Positions 28,795 through 41,669 of a DNA stretch of 64,000 nt are shown piece after piece (position 1 is the first letter of the stretch; each line of letters opens with the position of its first letter). The notes beneath the pieces are model-generated. The model did not search any database and was not told where the DNA came from. It saw nothing but the letters and a program-made list of their open reading frames with translations. The translations under genes were made by a program, and so were the position numbers. Source of the stretch: Hydrogenophilales bacterium 16-64-40 (GTDB lineage Bacteria > Pseudomonadota > Gammaproteobacteria > Burkholderiales > Thiobacillaceae); contig NCGX01000008.1 in assembly GCA_002256995.1 (NCBI GenBank), positions 6,441 through 70,440 of the forward strand, given 5' to 3'.

Positions 28795-30106
28795 CCTGGT
28801 CGCCGCAGCCGTGGCGGACGCGCTTGGCCGCCACGTCCCGCCGCAGGCGCGGCTGGTGCTGGCACTCTCGGGTGGACTCGATTCGACAGTCCTGCTGCAT
28901 GCGCTTGTGGCGCTGCGCGACCAGCATCCGTTTGAGCTGCGGGCCGTGCATGTGCACCATGGCCTGTCGCCCCACGCCGACGACTGGGCCGATTTCTGCA
29001 CGCGGCTTTGCGCCGCGTATGCGGTTCAATCAAGCATCCATCATGTAGCGATCGCGCGCGACGATCCGGCCGGTATCGAAGCGGCTGCGCGGCGCGAGCG
29101 CCAGCGCCTCTTCGCCGCGCTGGACGCCGATTTTCTGCTCACCGCGCATCAGCGGGACGACCAGGCCGAAACGTTTCTGCTGCAGGTGCTGCGCGGCGCC
29201 GGCCCCAAAGGCCTGGCCGCAATGGCCGAGCTGCAGCCCCGCCCGGGCTGGCGCCCGGCGCAACTGCGGCCGCTGCTGGGCATAGGGCGCGCCGAACTGC
29301 AGGGTTATGCGCAGTCTCACGATCTGACCTGGGTCGACGACGAGAGCAACCGGGACATTCGCTACCGCCGCAATGCGCTGCGCCAGCAGGTGATGCCACT
29401 GCTCGCCGAACATTTTCCCGGCAGCGGCGCCACCCTCGCGCGCGCGGCCGCGCTGCAGGCCGATGCCGCCAGCTTGCTGGACGACCTGGCGCGGATCGAT
29501 GCGTTGGAGGCCATTACGGCTGATCGCCTCGACTGCGCCGTGCTGGGGCGGCTGTCGACGCCGCGCGCGCGCAATCTGTTGCGCTATTTCATCGAGCAGC
29601 ACGGCCAGCCGATGCCGAGCGCGCGGCGGCTCGACGAGGCGCTGCATCAGCTGCGGGATGCGCAAGCCGATGCGCGGGTGCGCGTCCGGCTGGGGGCGGT
29701 GGAGGTGTGGCGCTTTCGCGGCGGCGCGTACCTGGCGCCGTTGGCGCCCGCCCCCGCCGAGCCCGTTGTCTGGCAGGGCGAGGCGTCGTTGTGGGTGCCG
29801 GCCGCCGGGGTCAGCGTGCAGCTGGAGGCGGTGACCGGCGCCGGCCTGAAACGCGACGTGCTGGCCGCGGGCGAGGTCACGCTGGGGGTGCGCCAAGGCG
29901 GCGAACGCCTGCGCCTGCATGCCGGCGGCCCGCATCGCAGCCTGAAAAATCTGCTGCAGGAACATGCGATTCCGCCCTGGCAGCGCGACCGTCTGCCTCT
30001 GCTGTGGTGCGACGGGCGGCTGGCGTGGGCGGCGGGGATCGGCCTCGACGCCGATCTGCTCGCTTCGCCCGGCGAGGCAGGGCTGCTGCCGTGCGTCGCG
30101 GGCTAG
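28763..30106 (+). CDS. tilS: tRNA(Ile)-lysidine synthetase
   Basis: SGGLDS PP-loop, [25 protein letters not shown] and KNLLQE..IPPWQR. Confidence 0.95.
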   Translation: MAASRKPLPNSLVAAAVADALGRHVPPQARLVLALSGGLDSTVLLHALVALRDQHPFELRAVHVHHGLSPHADDWADFCTRLCAAYAVQSSIHHVAIARDDPAGIEAAARRERQRLFAALDADFLLTAHQRDDQAETFLLQVLRGAGPKGLAAMAELQPRPGWRPAQLRPLLGIGRAELQGYAQSHDLTWVDDESNRDIRYRRNALRQQVMPLLAEHFPGSGATLARAAALQADAASLLDDLARIDALEAITADRLDCAVLGRLSTPRARNLLRYFIEQHGQPMPSARRLDEALHQLRDAQADARVRVRLGAVEVWRFRGGAYLAPLAPAPAEPVVWQGEASLWVPAAGVSVQLEAVTGAGLKRDVLAAGEVTLGVRQGGERLRLHAGGPHRSLKNLLQEHAIPPWQRDRLPLLWCDGRLAWAAGIGLDADLLASPGEAGLLPCVAG

Positions 30107-30204
30107 CTGTGCAACAAGACAGTCCGGGGTGGGGCATGTTATGCTAGCGGGCTGATTTTCATGGTTTTTTAAACGTTTTTCTTATTTTTGTCCGGAGCAT
30201 ACAC

Positions 30205-30633
30205 ATGGCTGTTCAGCGTACCTTTTCCATTATCAAACCCGATGCCGTCGCCAAGAACGTGATCGGCAAGATCGTCAGCCGCTTCGAGAGCAATGGCCTC
30301 AAAGTGGTGGCGTCGAAAATGAAGCACCTGTCGCGCCAGGAAGCCGAAGGTTTCTACGGTGTGCACCGCGAGCGTCCCTTCTTCAAGGACCTGGTCGAGT
30401 TCATGATTTCCGGCCCGGTTGTGCTGCAGGTGCTGGAAGGCGAAGACGCAATTGCCAAGAACCGCGAATTGATGGGCGCGACCGATCCGAAGAAGGCCGA
30501 GCCCGGCACCATTCGCGCCGATTTCGCCGAGAGCATCGACGCCAATGCGGTGCATGGCTCCGACGCGCCGGAAACCGCCGCGAACGAAATCGCCTACTTC
30601 TTCCCCGCCTGCGAAGTCTACGCCGGCCGCTAA
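30205..30633 (+). CDS. ndk: Nucleoside diphosphate kinase
   Basis: [10 protein letters not shown] and NAVHGSDA. Confidence 0.98.
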   Translation: MAVQRTFSIIKPDAVAKNVIGKIVSRFESNGLKVVASKMKHLSRQEAEGFYGVHRERPFFKDLVEFMISGPVVLQVLEGEDAIAKNRELMGATDPKKAEPGTIRADFAESIDANAVHGSDAPETAANEIAYFFPACEVYAGR

Positions 30634-30643
30634 GTCCGTACGC

Positions 30644-31777
30644 ATGCCGCAAAACCTGCTTGATTTCGACCTCGAAGGACTGACCGCCTGGTTCGCTGAA
30701 CTCGGCGAGAAGCCGTTTCGCGCCAGGCAGGTGTTCCACTGGGTGCACCAGGCCGGGGTGGCGGATTTCGCGCAGATGACCGACATCGCCAAAAGCCTGC
30801 GTGAGAAGCTGCAGCAGCTGGCCGTGGTGGCGCCGCCGGCGGTCAGCTACGCGCACACCTCGACCGACGGCACGCGCAAGTGGCTGTTCGATGTCGGCGT
30901 CGCCAACGGCATCGAGACTGTGTTCATCCCGGAAGCGGACCGCGGCACCCTGTGCGTGTCGTCGCAGGTCGGCTGCGCGCTGGAGTGCACCTTCTGCTCG
31001 ACCGGGCGCCAGGGCTTTAACCGCAACCTGACGGTGGCCGAGATCATCGGCCAGTTGTGGGTGGCGCATCACAGCCTGAAGACCGAGCCCAACCGCACCG
31101 CACTCAATCACAGCGTGCCCAATCACGGCGCAGGCGAAATCTCCGACCGCCCGGTGACCAACGTGGTGATGATGGGTATGGGCGAGCCGTTGGCGAACCT
31201 GGAGAATGTGGTGACCGCGCTCGGCATCATGCTCGACGACCATGCCTACGGCTTGTCACGGCGGCGGGTGACGGTGTCGACCTCCGGGCTGGTGCCGGCG
31301 ATGGACCGCCTGGCCGAACGCTGCCCGGTGGCGCTGGCAGTGAGCCTGCATGCGCCCAATGATGCGCTGCGCGACCAGATCGTGCCGATCAACAAGAAAT
31401 ATCCGCTGCGTGAGTTGATGGCGGCATGCCGGCGTTATCTGGTGCATGCGCCGCGCGATTTCATCACCTTCGAATACGTGATGTTGGCCGGGGTGAATGA
31501 TGCGCCCGAGCATGCGCGCCAGCTGATCGAACTGGTGCGCGAGGTGCCGTGCAAGTTCAACCTCATTCCGTTCAATCCATTCCCGGATTCCGGTTATGAA
31601 AAGCCGCGTGCCGAGGCGATGCGCGTGTTCCGCGAGATTCTGCAGGACGCCGGACTGGTCGTCACCACCCGCAAGACGCGCGGTGACGACATCGACGCCG
31701 CCTGCGGCCAGTTGGCAGGAAAAGTGGCCGACAAGAGCGGGCGCGTGATGAAACGAATGCACAAGGAGACGGCGTGA
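30644..31777 (+). CDS. rlmN: 23S rRNA/tRNA adenine C2 methyltransferase
   Basis: [21 protein letters not shown] and DIDAACGQL. Confidence 0.97.
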   Translation: MPQNLLDFDLEGLTAWFAELGEKPFRARQVFHWVHQAGVADFAQMTDIAKSLREKLQQLAVVAPPAVSYAHTSTDGTRKWLFDVGVANGIETVFIPEADRGTLCVSSQVGCALECTFCSTGRQGFNRNLTVAEIIGQLWVAHHSLKTEPNRTALNHSVPNHGAGEISDRPVTNVVMMGMGEPLANLENVVTALGIMLDDHAYGLSRRRVTVSTSGLVPAMDRLAERCPVALAVSLHAPNDALRDQIVPINKKYPLRELMAACRRYLVHAPRDFITFEYVMLAGVNDAPEHARQLIELVREVPCKFNLIPFNPFPDSGYEKPRAEAMRVFREILQDAGLVVTTRKTRGDDIDAACGQLAGKVADKSGRVMKRMHKETA

Positions 31778-32547
31778 AAAAATGGATAGGCATACTGGCC
31801 GCAGCGTTGCTGGCGGGTTGCGCGGTGCAGCCGTCGGATGGCGGCAGTGGCGTCGCCAACACGCAAGTCGACAATGAAAGCCGCCAGCGTGCGCGTGCCT
31901 TCACCGACCTGGCGGGGGCCTACTTTGCCCGCGCCCAGTACAAGGTCGCGCTCGACGAGTTGCGCAAGGCGATCATTGCCGACAACCGCTTCGGCCCGGC
32001 CTACAACGTCTATGGCCTGATCTACATGGAGCTGGCCGAGGGCAAACTGGCCGAAGAGAACTTCCGCCGCGCCATCGAGCTGGATCGCAGCGATTCGGAA
32101 GCGCGCACCAATTTCGGCTGGTTTCTCTGCACGGTGGGTCGTTACGACGAAGGGCTCGAACAGTTCAGCACGGCCCTGCGCAATCCGCTCTATGCCCATC
32201 CCGAACAGGCCATGGCCTATGCCGGCCTGTGCGCGGAAAGGAAAGGCGACCTTGCGCTGGCCGAAGCCAATCTGCTGAAGTCGCTCAAGCTGCAGCCCGA
32301 CAACCCCAACACCGTGCTGAAGCTGGCAGGGCTGCATTTCCGGCAGAACAGGCTGATGGAGTCGCAGCGCCTGCTCGGACGCCACGCCGAGCTGGCGCCG
32401 CCGACCGCGGAAAGCCTGTGGTTGGGCCTGCGGCTTGAACGCAAGCTGGGCGATCGCGCGCAGGAAGCGGCCTACGGTCTGCAGCTGCGCAAGCGCTTCC
32501 CCGATTCCAATGAGGCGCGGCTGCTGCTGACGGGGCAATACGAATGA
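31774..32547 (+). CDS. pilW: Type IV pilus biogenesis/stability lipoprotein PilW/PilF
   Basis: Lipobox LAGC, TPR repeats, NFGWFLC and RKRFPDS; rlmN-rodZ synteny. Confidence 0.9.
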   Translation: MKKWIGILAAALLAGCAVQPSDGGSGVANTQVDNESRQRARAFTDLAGAYFARAQYKVALDELRKAIIADNRFGPAYNVYGLIYMELAEGKLAEENFRRAIELDRSDSEARTNFGWFLCTVGRYDEGLEQFSTALRNPLYAHPEQAMAYAGLCAERKGDLALAEANLLKSLKLQPDNPNTVLKLAGLHFRQNRLMESQRLLGRHAELAPPTAESLWLGLRLERKLGDRAQEAAYGLQLRKRFPDSNEARLLLTGQYE

Positions 32548-33383
32548 GCGAGAGCGGCCAACGCTTGGTTGGGCAGATTCTGCGCGAGGCACGCGAGTCG
32601 CAGGGCATGACGCAGGAAGATGCCGCCGCACGCTTGCGCCTGATGCAGCGTCAGGTCGAGGCCATGGAGACGGATGATTTCGAGAGCCTCGGTCAACCCG
32701 TGTTCGCGCGCGGGTTTGTGCGCAACTACGCGCGCCTGCTGGGGCTTGCGCCCGAAGCGCTGCTGGCACGCATGGAAGGCGCGCCCGCCGAGCCCACTGC
32801 GGTCAGCCCCGCCGCGGCGCCACAGCCGCATTCCTGGGTGACCTCACCCTGGCTGATTCTGTTGCTCCTGGGTCTGCTGGTGGTGGTGGTGGCGCCGCTT
32901 TCGCTGTATTGGTGGCTCAATAGCGGAGGGGGGGATGGCCCGAGCCAGCGGATGTCGCCCGCTACGCAAGGCCGCCCCGCGCCTGTCGCTGCTCCCGCAC
33001 CCGTTGCCGAACCGGCGGAAGCCGCGCTCCCCGTTGTCGATGGTGTCGCAGCCACTCTACCTATTGCGCCGGTCGCACCCGCAACGGAACAGCCCGAGGC
33101 GCCCGAGCAGCTTGCGCACGGCGTGCCCGAAGTCCCCGCGACGAGCGGCGTGCTGCATCTCGAATTTGGCGACGAGGCCTGGGTCGAAATCAAGGATGGC
33201 AGTGGCCGCATGCTGCATCGCCAGCTCAATTCGCCCGGCAGCCGCGTCGATGTCAAAGGCCAGCCCCCGTTCGATGTGGTGATCGGCAATGCAGCGCAAG
33301 CGCGCGTGACGTATAACGGTCGCCCCATCGACTTGACCCCCTTCATTGCCGTGACGGTCGCCCGTTTTACGCTCGAAGAATAG
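32544..33383 (+). CDS. rodZ: Cytoskeleton protein RodZ
   Basis: HTH with [17 protein letters not shown] segment, C-terminal VVIGNA domain. Confidence 0.9.
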   Translation: MSESGQRLVGQILREARESQGMTQEDAAARLRLMQRQVEAMETDDFESLGQPVFARGFVRNYARLLGLAPEALLARMEGAPAEPTAVSPAAAPQPHSWVTSPWLILLLLGLLVVVVAPLSLYWWLNSGGGDGPSQRMSPATQGRPAPVAAPAPVAEPAEAALPVVDGVAATLPIAPVAPATEQPEAPEQLAHGVPEVPATSGVLHLEFGDEAWVEIKDGSGRMLHRQLNSPGSRVDVKGQPPFDVVIGNAAQARVTYNGRPIDLTPFIAVTVARFTLEE

Positions 33384-33396
33384 CCCTCCTGGAAGA

Positions 33397-34620
33397 ATGA
33401 TGTCCCCAATAATCCGCCGCCCCACCCGTCAGGTGCAGATCGGTCATGTGCTGGTCGGCAGCGACGCGCCCGTGGTGGTGCAGTCGATGACCAACACCGA
33501 TACCGTCGATATCACCTGCACCGTGCGCCAGGTGCAGGCGCTGGCCGAGGCCGGTTCGGAACTGGTGCGGCTGACCGTCAACACGCTGGAAGCCGCTGCC
33601 GCGGTGCCGCGCATCCGCGAACGCCTTGACGTGCTGGGCTGCCGCGTGCCGCTGATCGGCGACTTCCACTTCAACGGCCACAAGCTCTTGACCCAGGTGC
33701 CCGAGTGCGCCGAGGCGCTGGCCAAGCTCAGGATCAACCCCGGCAACATCGGTCGCGGCAACAAGCGCGACGAGCAGTTCGCCACCCTGATCGAAGTGGC
33801 GTGCCGCTATGACAAGCCGGTGCGCATCGGCGTCAACTGGGGCAGCCTCGACCAGGCGCTGGCAGTGCGCATGATGGACGACAACGCGCGCCTCGCGCAG
33901 CCGGAAGACGCCGACGTGGTGATGCGCCGCGCGATGGTGGCCTCCGCCCTGGAATCGGCGAAGAAGGCCGAGGAACTGGGCTTGGGCGGCGACAAGATCA
34001 TCCTGTCTTGCAAGATGAGCCGGGTTCAGGATCTGATCGCGGTGTATCGGGATCTGGCGTCGCAGTGCGACTATCCGCTGCACCTGGGGCTCACCGAAGC
34101 CGGCATGGGCTCGAAGGGCATCGTCGCCTCGACCGCTGCTTTGTCGGTGCTGCTGCAGGAAGGCATCGGCGACACCATCCGCATCTCGTTGACCCCCGAG
34201 CCGGGCGGCGATCGCACCCAGGAAGTCCGCGTCGGCCAGGAAATCCTGCAGGCGCTCGGCCTGCGCGCCTTCACCCCGCAGGTCACCGCCTGCCCCGGCT
34301 GCGGCCGCACCACCTCGACCGTGTTCCAGGAACTGGCGCAGGACATTGAATCGTATTTGCGCAACCAGATGCCGCTGTGGCGCAGCCAGTATCCCGGCGT
34401 CGAATCCATGCAGGTGGCGGTGATGGGCTGCGTGGTCAACGGACCCGGCGAATCCAAGCACGCCAACATCGGCATCTCGCTGCCCGGCACCGGCGAAGTG
34501 CCGGTCGCGCCGGTGTACGTCGACGGCGAAAAGACCGTGACGCTGAAGGGCGATCGCATTGCCGCCGATTTTCAGGCCATCGTCGAGGATTATGTGCGCA
34601 GCCACTACGCTGCTGCATGA
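33397..34620 (+). CDS. ispG: HMBPP synthase
   Basis: [37 protein letters not shown] and [11 protein letters not shown]. Confidence 0.97.
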   Translation: MMSPIIRRPTRQVQIGHVLVGSDAPVVVQSMTNTDTVDITCTVRQVQALAEAGSELVRLTVNTLEAAAAVPRIRERLDVLGCRVPLIGDFHFNGHKLLTQVPECAEALAKLRINPGNIGRGNKRDEQFATLIEVACRYDKPVRIGVNWGSLDQALAVRMMDDNARLAQPEDADVVMRRAMVASALESAKKAEELGLGGDKIILSCKMSRVQDLIAVYRDLASQCDYPLHLGLTEAGMGSKGIVASTAALSVLLQEGIGDTIRISLTPEPGGDRTQEVRVGQEILQALGLRAFTPQVTACPGCGRTTSTVFQELAQDIESYLRNQMPLWRSQYPGVESMQVAVMGCVVNGPGESKHANIGISLPGTGEVPVAPVYVDGEKTVTLKGDRIAADFQAIVEDYVRSHYAAA

Positions 34621-34643
34621 CCCGCAATTCTGCCGGTTAATTT

Positions 34644-35912
<1,269 letters not shown>

Positions 35913-35926
35913 AAGGCATACATGTA

Positions 35927-36568
35927 ATGGCAACTTACGATCTCGACGAACAGGAACGGCTGGACGAACTGAAAGCCTGGTGGAAACGCTGGGGCAGCCT
36001 GGCGATGGTCGGCCTAGCGGTGGTGATTGCCGTGGCGGCAGGTTGGCGGTACTGGCAGAACCGCGTGGCGACGCAAAGCCTGGAAGCCGCGGCCGTTTAC
36101 GAGCAGCTCACCCAGTCGCTGGCGGCCAACGACGCCAAGGCGTCACGCGAGGCCGGGGCGATGCTGATCGACCAGTACAAGAGCACTGCCTATGCGCCGC
36201 GGGCGGCGCTGTTGCTGGCCAAACTGAACGTCGGCGCCAAGGACCTGAAAAGCGCGCAGGCCCAGCTGGAGTGGGCGGCAGCCAACAGCAAGGAGCCTGC
36301 GCTCAGGGATCTGGCGCGTCTGCGGCTGGCCGGGGTGCAACTCGACCAGAAACAATACGACGCCGCGCTGAAAACGCTGTCAGCGACCCACAGCGACGCC
36401 TTCGCCTTCCGCTTTCATGATCTGAAAGGCGACGTCCTGCTGGCGCAGGCCAAGCCGGCCGAGGCGCGCGCTGCCTATCAGGCGGCCTTCGGTAAGATGG
36501 CGGAAGACAACCCCTACCGCAACATCGTCGAACTGAAGCTCGACGCCCTGGGAGGAGAAGCCAAATGA
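35927..36568 (+). CDS. yfgM: YfgM family TPR membrane chaperone
   Basis: EQERLDELKAWW, TM segment, LARLRLA and LKGDVLL. Confidence 0.9.
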   Translation: MATYDLDEQERLDELKAWWKRWGSLAMVGLAVVIAVAAGWRYWQNRVATQSLEAAAVYEQLTQSLAANDAKASREAGAMLIDQYKSTAYAPRAALLLAKLNVGAKDLKSAQAQLEWAAANSKEPALRDLARLRLAGVQLDQKQYDAALKTLSATHSDAFAFRFHDLKGDVLLAQAKPAEARAAYQAAFGKMAEDNPYRNIVELKLDALGGEAK

Positions 36569-37704
36569 AGATGCGCTTGATGATCGTCGGCCTGGCATTG
36601 GCGTTGTCGGGATGCAGCACGGTCGGTGGCTGGTTCGGTTCCGGCCCGGCCAAGGCCAAGCCCGCCGAACTGGTTGAGTTCAAACCGTCCGCCGGCCTCA
36701 CCGAGGCCTGGAAAGGCGAGACCGGCAACACCGCCGGCCGTGTGTTCCACCCCGTCGCCGCCGGCGACGACGTCTTCGCCGCGGGCGGCAGCCAGGTGGT
36801 GCGCATTGCCGTGGCCAGCGGCAACACCGTGTGGAAAACCGACGGCGGCGTGAAGTTGTCCGCCGGGGCCGGTGTGGGCCAGGGCTTGGTGCTTGCGGGC
36901 AGCGGCAAGGGCGATTTGCTGGCGCTGGATCAGGCCACTGGCCAGGTGCGCTGGAAGGTGACGCTGTCGAGCGAGGTGACAGGCCAGTTGCTGGCAGTCG
37001 CCGACATCGTCATCGCGCGCACCGGCGATGGCAGTGTGCATGGCCTGTCCGTGGCGGACGGCAGTCGCAAATGGCTGTACACCCGCAACCTGCCGGCCTT
37101 GAGCCTGCGCGGGTCGGGCGGCATGGTGGTGCGTGACGGCATGCTCTACGTCGGGTTCCCGGGCGGCAAGCTGGTCGCGCTCGATGCCAGCAACGGCGCG
37201 CAGTTGTGGGAGGCCACGGTGGCCCTGCCGCGCGGGGCGACTGAACTCGAACGGGTGGCCGATGTGATGGGCAATCCGGCGGCGGATGAGCGGCAGGTGT
37301 GCGCCGTCGCCTATCAGGGCCGGGTGGCCTGTTTCGATCGCCGCAACGGTGCGCCATTGTGGGTGCGCGACACCTCCAGCAACAGCGGGCTGGCGATGGA
37401 CGAACGCAATGTCTACGTCACCGACGACAAGGATGCCGTCACCGCCTACGACAAAACCAGCGGCCGCGCCGGCTGGCGCCAGGACAAGCTGGCGCGTCGC
37501 CAGGTCACTGCGCCGCTGGCACTCGGCGACTGGGTGGTGGTGGCCGACCGCGAAGGTGTCGTGCATGTGCTGTCGGCCGAGGACGGCAGCTTCGTTGCGC
37601 GCGCCAGCGTCGACAGCAGCGTGCGCACGGCGCCGGTCGACATCGGACCGGGTTTTGCGGTACAGACCGACAAGGGCAGCATCGTCGCTTTCAGACTCAG
37701 GTGA
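36565..37704 (+). CDS. bamB: Outer membrane protein assembly factor BamB
   Basis: Lipobox LSGC, PQQ-like repeats and TELERVADV. Confidence 0.93.
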   Translation: MKMRLMIVGLALALSGCSTVGGWFGSGPAKAKPAELVEFKPSAGLTEAWKGETGNTAGRVFHPVAAGDDVFAAGGSQVVRIAVASGNTVWKTDGGVKLSAGAGVGQGLVLAGSGKGDLLALDQATGQVRWKVTLSSEVTGQLLAVADIVIARTGDGSVHGLSVADGSRKWLYTRNLPALSLRGSGGMVVRDGMLYVGFPGGKLVALDASNGAQLWEATVALPRGATELERVADVMGNPAADERQVCAVAYQGRVACFDRRNGAPLWVRDTSSNSGLAMDERNVYVTDDKDAVTAYDKTSGRAGWRQDKLARRQVTAPLALGDWVVVADREGVVHVLSAEDGSFVARASVDSSVRTAPVDIGPGFAVQTDKGSIVAFRLR

Positions 37705-37794
37705 GTCCTGAGCGACTTGATGATTGATCGATAAGGCGGACGCAGCTGTTTTTGGGGCCGCCTTGCAAATGTTTATGGATTCGAATTTTAGCTA

Positions 37795-39204
37795 ATGCTC
37801 CCCACCCTTGTTCTGGTCGGCCGGCCCAACGTCGGCAAGTCCACGCTCTTTAATCGCCTCACCGGCACGCGCGACGCGCTGGTGCACGATCTGCCCGGGA
37901 TGACGCGCGATCGCCACTACGGGCGCGGGCGCCTCGGTGAAAAGCCTTATCTGGTGGTCGACACCGGCGGCCTGGAGCCGGTCGTCACCGACGGCATCCT
38001 CGCCGAAATGGCGCGCCAGACGCTGCAGGCCATCGACGAGGCCGACGCCATCATTTTCCTGGTCGATGCCCGCGCAGGCCTGACGCCGCAGGACAAGCTG
38101 ATCGCCGACCGCCTGCGCCGTGCATCTTGCCCGGTGCTGCTCGCGGTCAACAAGGCAGAAGGCATGAACGCTGCCGTGATCACCGCCGAGTTTCACGAAC
38201 TGGCGCTGGGCCAGCCGCTGGCCATTTCCAGCGCGCATGGCGACGGCGTCTCCGATCTGGTGGCCGAGGCGCTGGCGCCGTTTTCCGACGAGGAAGAGAA
38301 AAGAGACGATTTCGGCATCCCCAAGATTGCACTGGTGGGGCGTCCCAACGTCGGCAAGTCGACGCTGGTCAACACGCTGGTCGGCGAGGAACGCGTCATC
38401 GCGTTCGACCAGCCGGGTACCACGCGCGATTCGATCTATGTCGAGTTCGAGCGCGACGGCAAGCCCTACATCCTGATCGATACCGCCGGCCTGCGCCGCC
38501 GCGGCAAGGTGTTCGAGACGGTGGAGAAATTCTCCGTCATCAAGACCCTGCAGGCGATCGAGGACGCCAATGTGGTGGTGCTCGTGCTCGACGCGCGCGA
38601 GAACATTTCCGAGCAGGACGCGCACCTGGCGGGCTTCGTGCTGGAAACCGGGCGTGCGCTGGTGGTCGCGGTCAACAAGTGGGACGGGCTTTCCGCCGAG
38701 CAGCGCGACGACGTCAAGCGCGACATCGGGCGCAAGCTGGCGTTTCTCGACTTTGCCCGCTTCAACTACATCTCGGCGCTGAAGGGTAAGGGCCTGGAAA
38801 ACCTGCTGAAGGACGTCGAGGCCGCGCACGCCGCCGCCTTCATCAAGCTGTCGACGCCCAAGCTCACGCGGGTGCTGGAGATGGCGGTGGAACAGCACGC
38901 CCCCCCCAAGAACGGCCTGTTCCGTCCGAAGCCGCGCTATGCCCACCAGGGCGGCAAGAATCCGCCGGTCATCATCCTGCACGGCAACGCGCTGGAAGGC
39001 CTGCGCGACGACTACAAGCGCTATCTGGAAAGCAGTTTCCGCAAGGCGTTCAAGCTGCAGGGCACGCCGCTGCGAATCCAGATCAAGGAAGGCGGTGCGA
39101 GCAATCCGTACCAAGGCAAGACGCGCGGCCCGATGACCGAAAGCGAGGCGACACGGATGCGGCGCAAGAAGCGGGTGCGGCGCAAGGTCTACGGCAAGGA
39201 CTGA
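37795..39204 (+). CDS. der: Ribosome biogenesis GTPase Der
   Basis: Tandem GRPNVGKS/DTxG/NKxD domains. Confidence 0.98.
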   Translation: MLPTLVLVGRPNVGKSTLFNRLTGTRDALVHDLPGMTRDRHYGRGRLGEKPYLVVDTGGLEPVVTDGILAEMARQTLQAIDEADAIIFLVDARAGLTPQDKLIADRLRRASCPVLLAVNKAEGMNAAVITAEFHELALGQPLAISSAHGDGVSDLVAEALAPFSDEEEKRDDFGIPKIALVGRPNVGKSTLVNTLVGEERVIAFDQPGTTRDSIYVEFERDGKPYILIDTAGLRRRGKVFETVEKFSVIKTLQAIEDANVVVLVLDARENISEQDAHLAGFVLETGRALVVAVNKWDGLSAEQRDDVKRDIGRKLAFLDFARFNYISALKGKGLENLLKDVEAAHAAAFIKLSTPKLTRVLEMAVEQHAPPKNGLFRPKPRYAHQGGKNPPVIILHGNALEGLRDDYKRYLESSFRKAFKLQGTPLRIQIKEGGASNPYQGKTRGPMTESEATRMRRKKRVRRKVYGKD

Positions 39205-39207
39205 ATA

Positions 39208-39350
39208 TCCACCCGCAAGGGGCAGGCCATGTCTGTAAGCTGCTAAAGCAGCAACAGCCATGCACTAATGCCGCTGAAGCGGCAACAACCACGCTCCACC
39301 CGCAAGGAGTAGGCCGTGGTTGTAAGCCGATAAATCGGCAACAACCACGC
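39208..39350 (+). repeat. Tandem REP-like hairpin array (two 56-nt units plus one partial unit)
   Basis: The units at 39208-39263 and 39295-39350 both read TCCACCCGCAAGG-x-G(C/T)AGGCC-stem-AA-hairpin-stem. A partial unit lies at 39264-39294. Compensatory base changes are present. Confidence 0.75.
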
Positions 39351-39602
39351 TCAGTCCAACCAGCGCACCAGATAGAACAGCCTGAAGCCCTCCGACGAAC
39401 GTGACGGGCCGCTGGCGATGGCCGCATGGCGGCCTTTGTCCGGGTCAGCGTGCGCCAGCGCCTCGGCTTCGCTGGTGTAAACCTCGACCACCCCTTCGGG
39501 AAAGCGCTGGCGTTTTTTGCCTGCGGGCGCATAGATCACCACCGCCGAGGTGCCGACAACATTCGACTCGACATCGGTGAACAGGCTGGTGGCTTGCGGC
39601 AT
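39351..39602 (-). CDS. Small hypothetical protein (83 aa)
   Basis: Host-like codons, follows the upstream ORF by 2 nt, ends GPSRSSEGFRLFYLVRWL. Confidence 0.65.
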   Translation of the reverse strand: MPQATSLFTDVESNVVGTSAVVIYAPAGKKRQRFPEGVVEVYTSEAEALAHADPDKGRHAAIASGPSRSSEGFRLFYLVRWLD

Positions 39603-39604
39603 CG

Positions 39605-39889
39605 TCAGTGCGTTTTTTTCGGAATGCTGCTGAGCTTGACGACGTGGGCGCTGGGCTTCTCGTCAGAGTAGTGCGGGCGCTCTTCCAGGGTGCGCCCGGT
39701 GAGCCTGGCGAGCTCGACTTCGCGGTTGGAAATCACCACCAGACAGTCCTTGATGCCGAGCACGGTGGCTTCGGTCAGGGGGCTGGGGTTGCCGTCACGC
39801 GGCGCGGTGTCGCGCACGATGGAGGTGAGCGTCTTGCGCATCATGCGCATGATGCGCTGTTCGTCGTGCAGGGTTTTATCGATATCCAT
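39605..39889 (-). CDS. Small hypothetical protein (94 aa)
   Basis: Helical EQRIMRMMRKTLTSIVRDT..DCLVVISNREVEL; probable two-gene operon with the next ORF. Confidence 0.7.
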   Translation of the reverse strand: MDIDKTLHDEQRIMRMMRKTLTSIVRDTAPRDGNPSPLTEATVLGIKDCLVVISNREVELARLTGRTLEERPHYSDEKPSAHVVKLSSIPKKTH

Positions 39890-40060
39890 GGGTCAAGCTC
39901 CGAAGCTGCGGCAAAGGTTTCCATTGTCGGCGCGGAGCGGGGCTTCGTCAACGCAAGCCCCTGGCGGGGAAGGGGATAAAAAGCCTGACAGGGGGCATAA
40001 GAATTATGAACCGACAGCCAGGCCGGGCTGATTTAAGCTGGCAGCCAGAGGAGAAGCCAC

Positions 40061-41152
40061 ATGTCAGACCCAAACACCCCCGATACGAGCGAAGTCCGTG
40101 AAATCCGCATCAATCCCATCGTGCCGAGCGAATCGGTGCTGGTCGCCACGGCGCGCAGCCTGCGCCCGAAAAAGGCCGAGGAACTGGCGCCGCGCGACAC
40201 CCGCAAGCATGTCGAAACCTGCCCGTTCTGCCGCGGCAACGAGGACAAAACGCCGCCGCTGATTCTGAGCTGGCCGGAAGCCGGCGACTGGCAGATCCGC
40301 ATGGTGGAAAATCTCTATCCGGTGCTGGGCGACGATCGCGAACAGGCCGGCTTCAATTTCGGCCTGCAGCAGACCATCGACGGCTACGGCCGGCACGAGG
40401 TCATCATCGACCATCATGAACATGGCATCGCCGTGCACGACATGGCGGAAAGCCACCTGGCCGCGTTGTTCGGCGTGTACCAGACGCGCATGCGGCAGTT
40501 GTTCGAGTCCGATGCACGGCTGAAATACGTGCTGGTGTTCAAGAACTTCGGCCCGGCGGCAGGGGCGTCGATTCCGCATACGCACAGCCAGGTGATCGCG
40601 ATGCCGGTGGTGCCGGAGAACGTCGACGCCGAAGTGCGAAACAGCGCCGCGCATTACGCCAAGCATCATCACTGCATCTTCTGCGCGCTGATCGACGAGG
40701 CGCTGACCTTCGAGGCGACCATCTATGACCGCAACTCGGGCGCGGTGAGGCGCAAAATCAATGTCGGCCAGTACGTGGTCGAGCGCGGCGAGAAGTTCAT
40801 CGCCATCAAGCCGTTTGCCAGCCGCTACGAGTGGGAAGTGCACATCCTGCCACTGGCGCATCAGGCGGATTTTCTTGACGTGCGCGACGAGGACATGGCC
40901 GATCTGGCGCGGGTGATGAAGCGCACCATGGCGCGACTGGATGCCGTCATCGGCGGCGCGCAATACAATTTCTTCCTGCACTCCGTGCCACACGACAGCC
41001 AGCAGCAGGCCCATGCGCCGAGCTACCACTGGCACCTGGAAATCTGCCCCCGCACCTCGATTCCCACCGGTTTCGAGCTGGGCTCGGGGCTGTTCGTCAA
41101 CACCATCAATCCGGAACAGGCCGCCGAGCGCCTGCGTGCCGTGACCTTGTAA
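40061..41152 (+). CDS. apt: GalT/HIT-superfamily nucleotidyltransferase, probably adenylylsulfate:phosphate adenylyltransferase (APAT)
   Basis: CPFC, HEVIID, FKNFGPAAGASIPHTHSQ (HxHxQ), CIFC and YHWHLEI. GalT superfamily membership is certain; the APAT call rests on recalled Thiobacillus context. Confidence 0.7.
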   Translation: MSDPNTPDTSEVREIRINPIVPSESVLVATARSLRPKKAEELAPRDTRKHVETCPFCRGNEDKTPPLILSWPEAGDWQIRMVENLYPVLGDDREQAGFNFGLQQTIDGYGRHEVIIDHHEHGIAVHDMAESHLAALFGVYQTRMRQLFESDARLKYVLVFKNFGPAAGASIPHTHSQVIAMPVVPENVDAEVRNSAAHYAKHHHCIFCALIDEALTFEATIYDRNSGAVRRKINVGQYVVERGEKFIAIKPFASRYEWEVHILPLAHQADFLDVRDEDMADLARVMKRTMARLDAVIGGAQYNFFLHSVPHDSQQQAHAPSYHWHLEICPRTSIPTGFELGSGLFVNTINPEQAAERLRAVTL

Positions 41153-41329
41153 TGGGCTCGCGGCCGGCGACCGGTTGTAAAGGCGTTTAGAAAGGCTAGG
41201 CTAAAAGCTGTTCAAGGCCGTGGTTCGGGAGGCTTTTCTTGAAAGCGGGGCGTCAAATGCCCTGTGCCCAAATCCACGTGCTATCGAAAGCCTGGGCTTT
41301 TTGCATCACTAACGAGAAGGGAACTCTCC

Positions 41330-41662
41330 ATGAACGCTCAATATTCTGCCGGAACAGATATATCCGACGTGACGAAACAACAGTTGATCAACGATTTCAA
41401 GGTGGTGGTCGCCGATGCGGAAGCCTTGTTGAAGGCCACGGCCGGCCAGGGCGGCGAGGCCGTGGCCGTAGCGCGCGCCAAGGCGGAAGCGTCGCTCGAC
41501 GAGGCGAAAGCCAAAATGGCCGACGCCCAGGCAGCGCTGCGGGTCAGGACCAAGGCCGCTGCCAGGGCGACGGATGAATATGTCCACACACATCCGTGGC
41601 AGTCCATTGGCGCTGCCGCCGGCGCCGGCCTGGTGATCGGCTTGCTGATTGGGCGGCGTTAA
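41330..41662 (+). CDS. DUF883/ElaB/YqjD family tail-anchored protein
   Basis: TDEYVHTHPWQSIGAAAGAGLVIGLLIGRR C-terminus. Confidence 0.9.
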   Translation: MNAQYSAGTDISDVTKQQLINDFKVVVADAEALLKATAGQGGEAVAVARAKAEASLDEAKAKMADAQAALRVRTKAAARATDEYVHTHPWQSIGAAAGAGLVIGLLIGRR

Positions 41663-41669
41663 CCAGGCG

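Noticed and set aside
39208-39350. CRISPR or riboswitch interpretation of the repeats after der
   Set aside because: No unique spacers or cas genes. The location is 3' of convergent genes, and it does not match riboswitch or ribozyme consensus sequences I recall.
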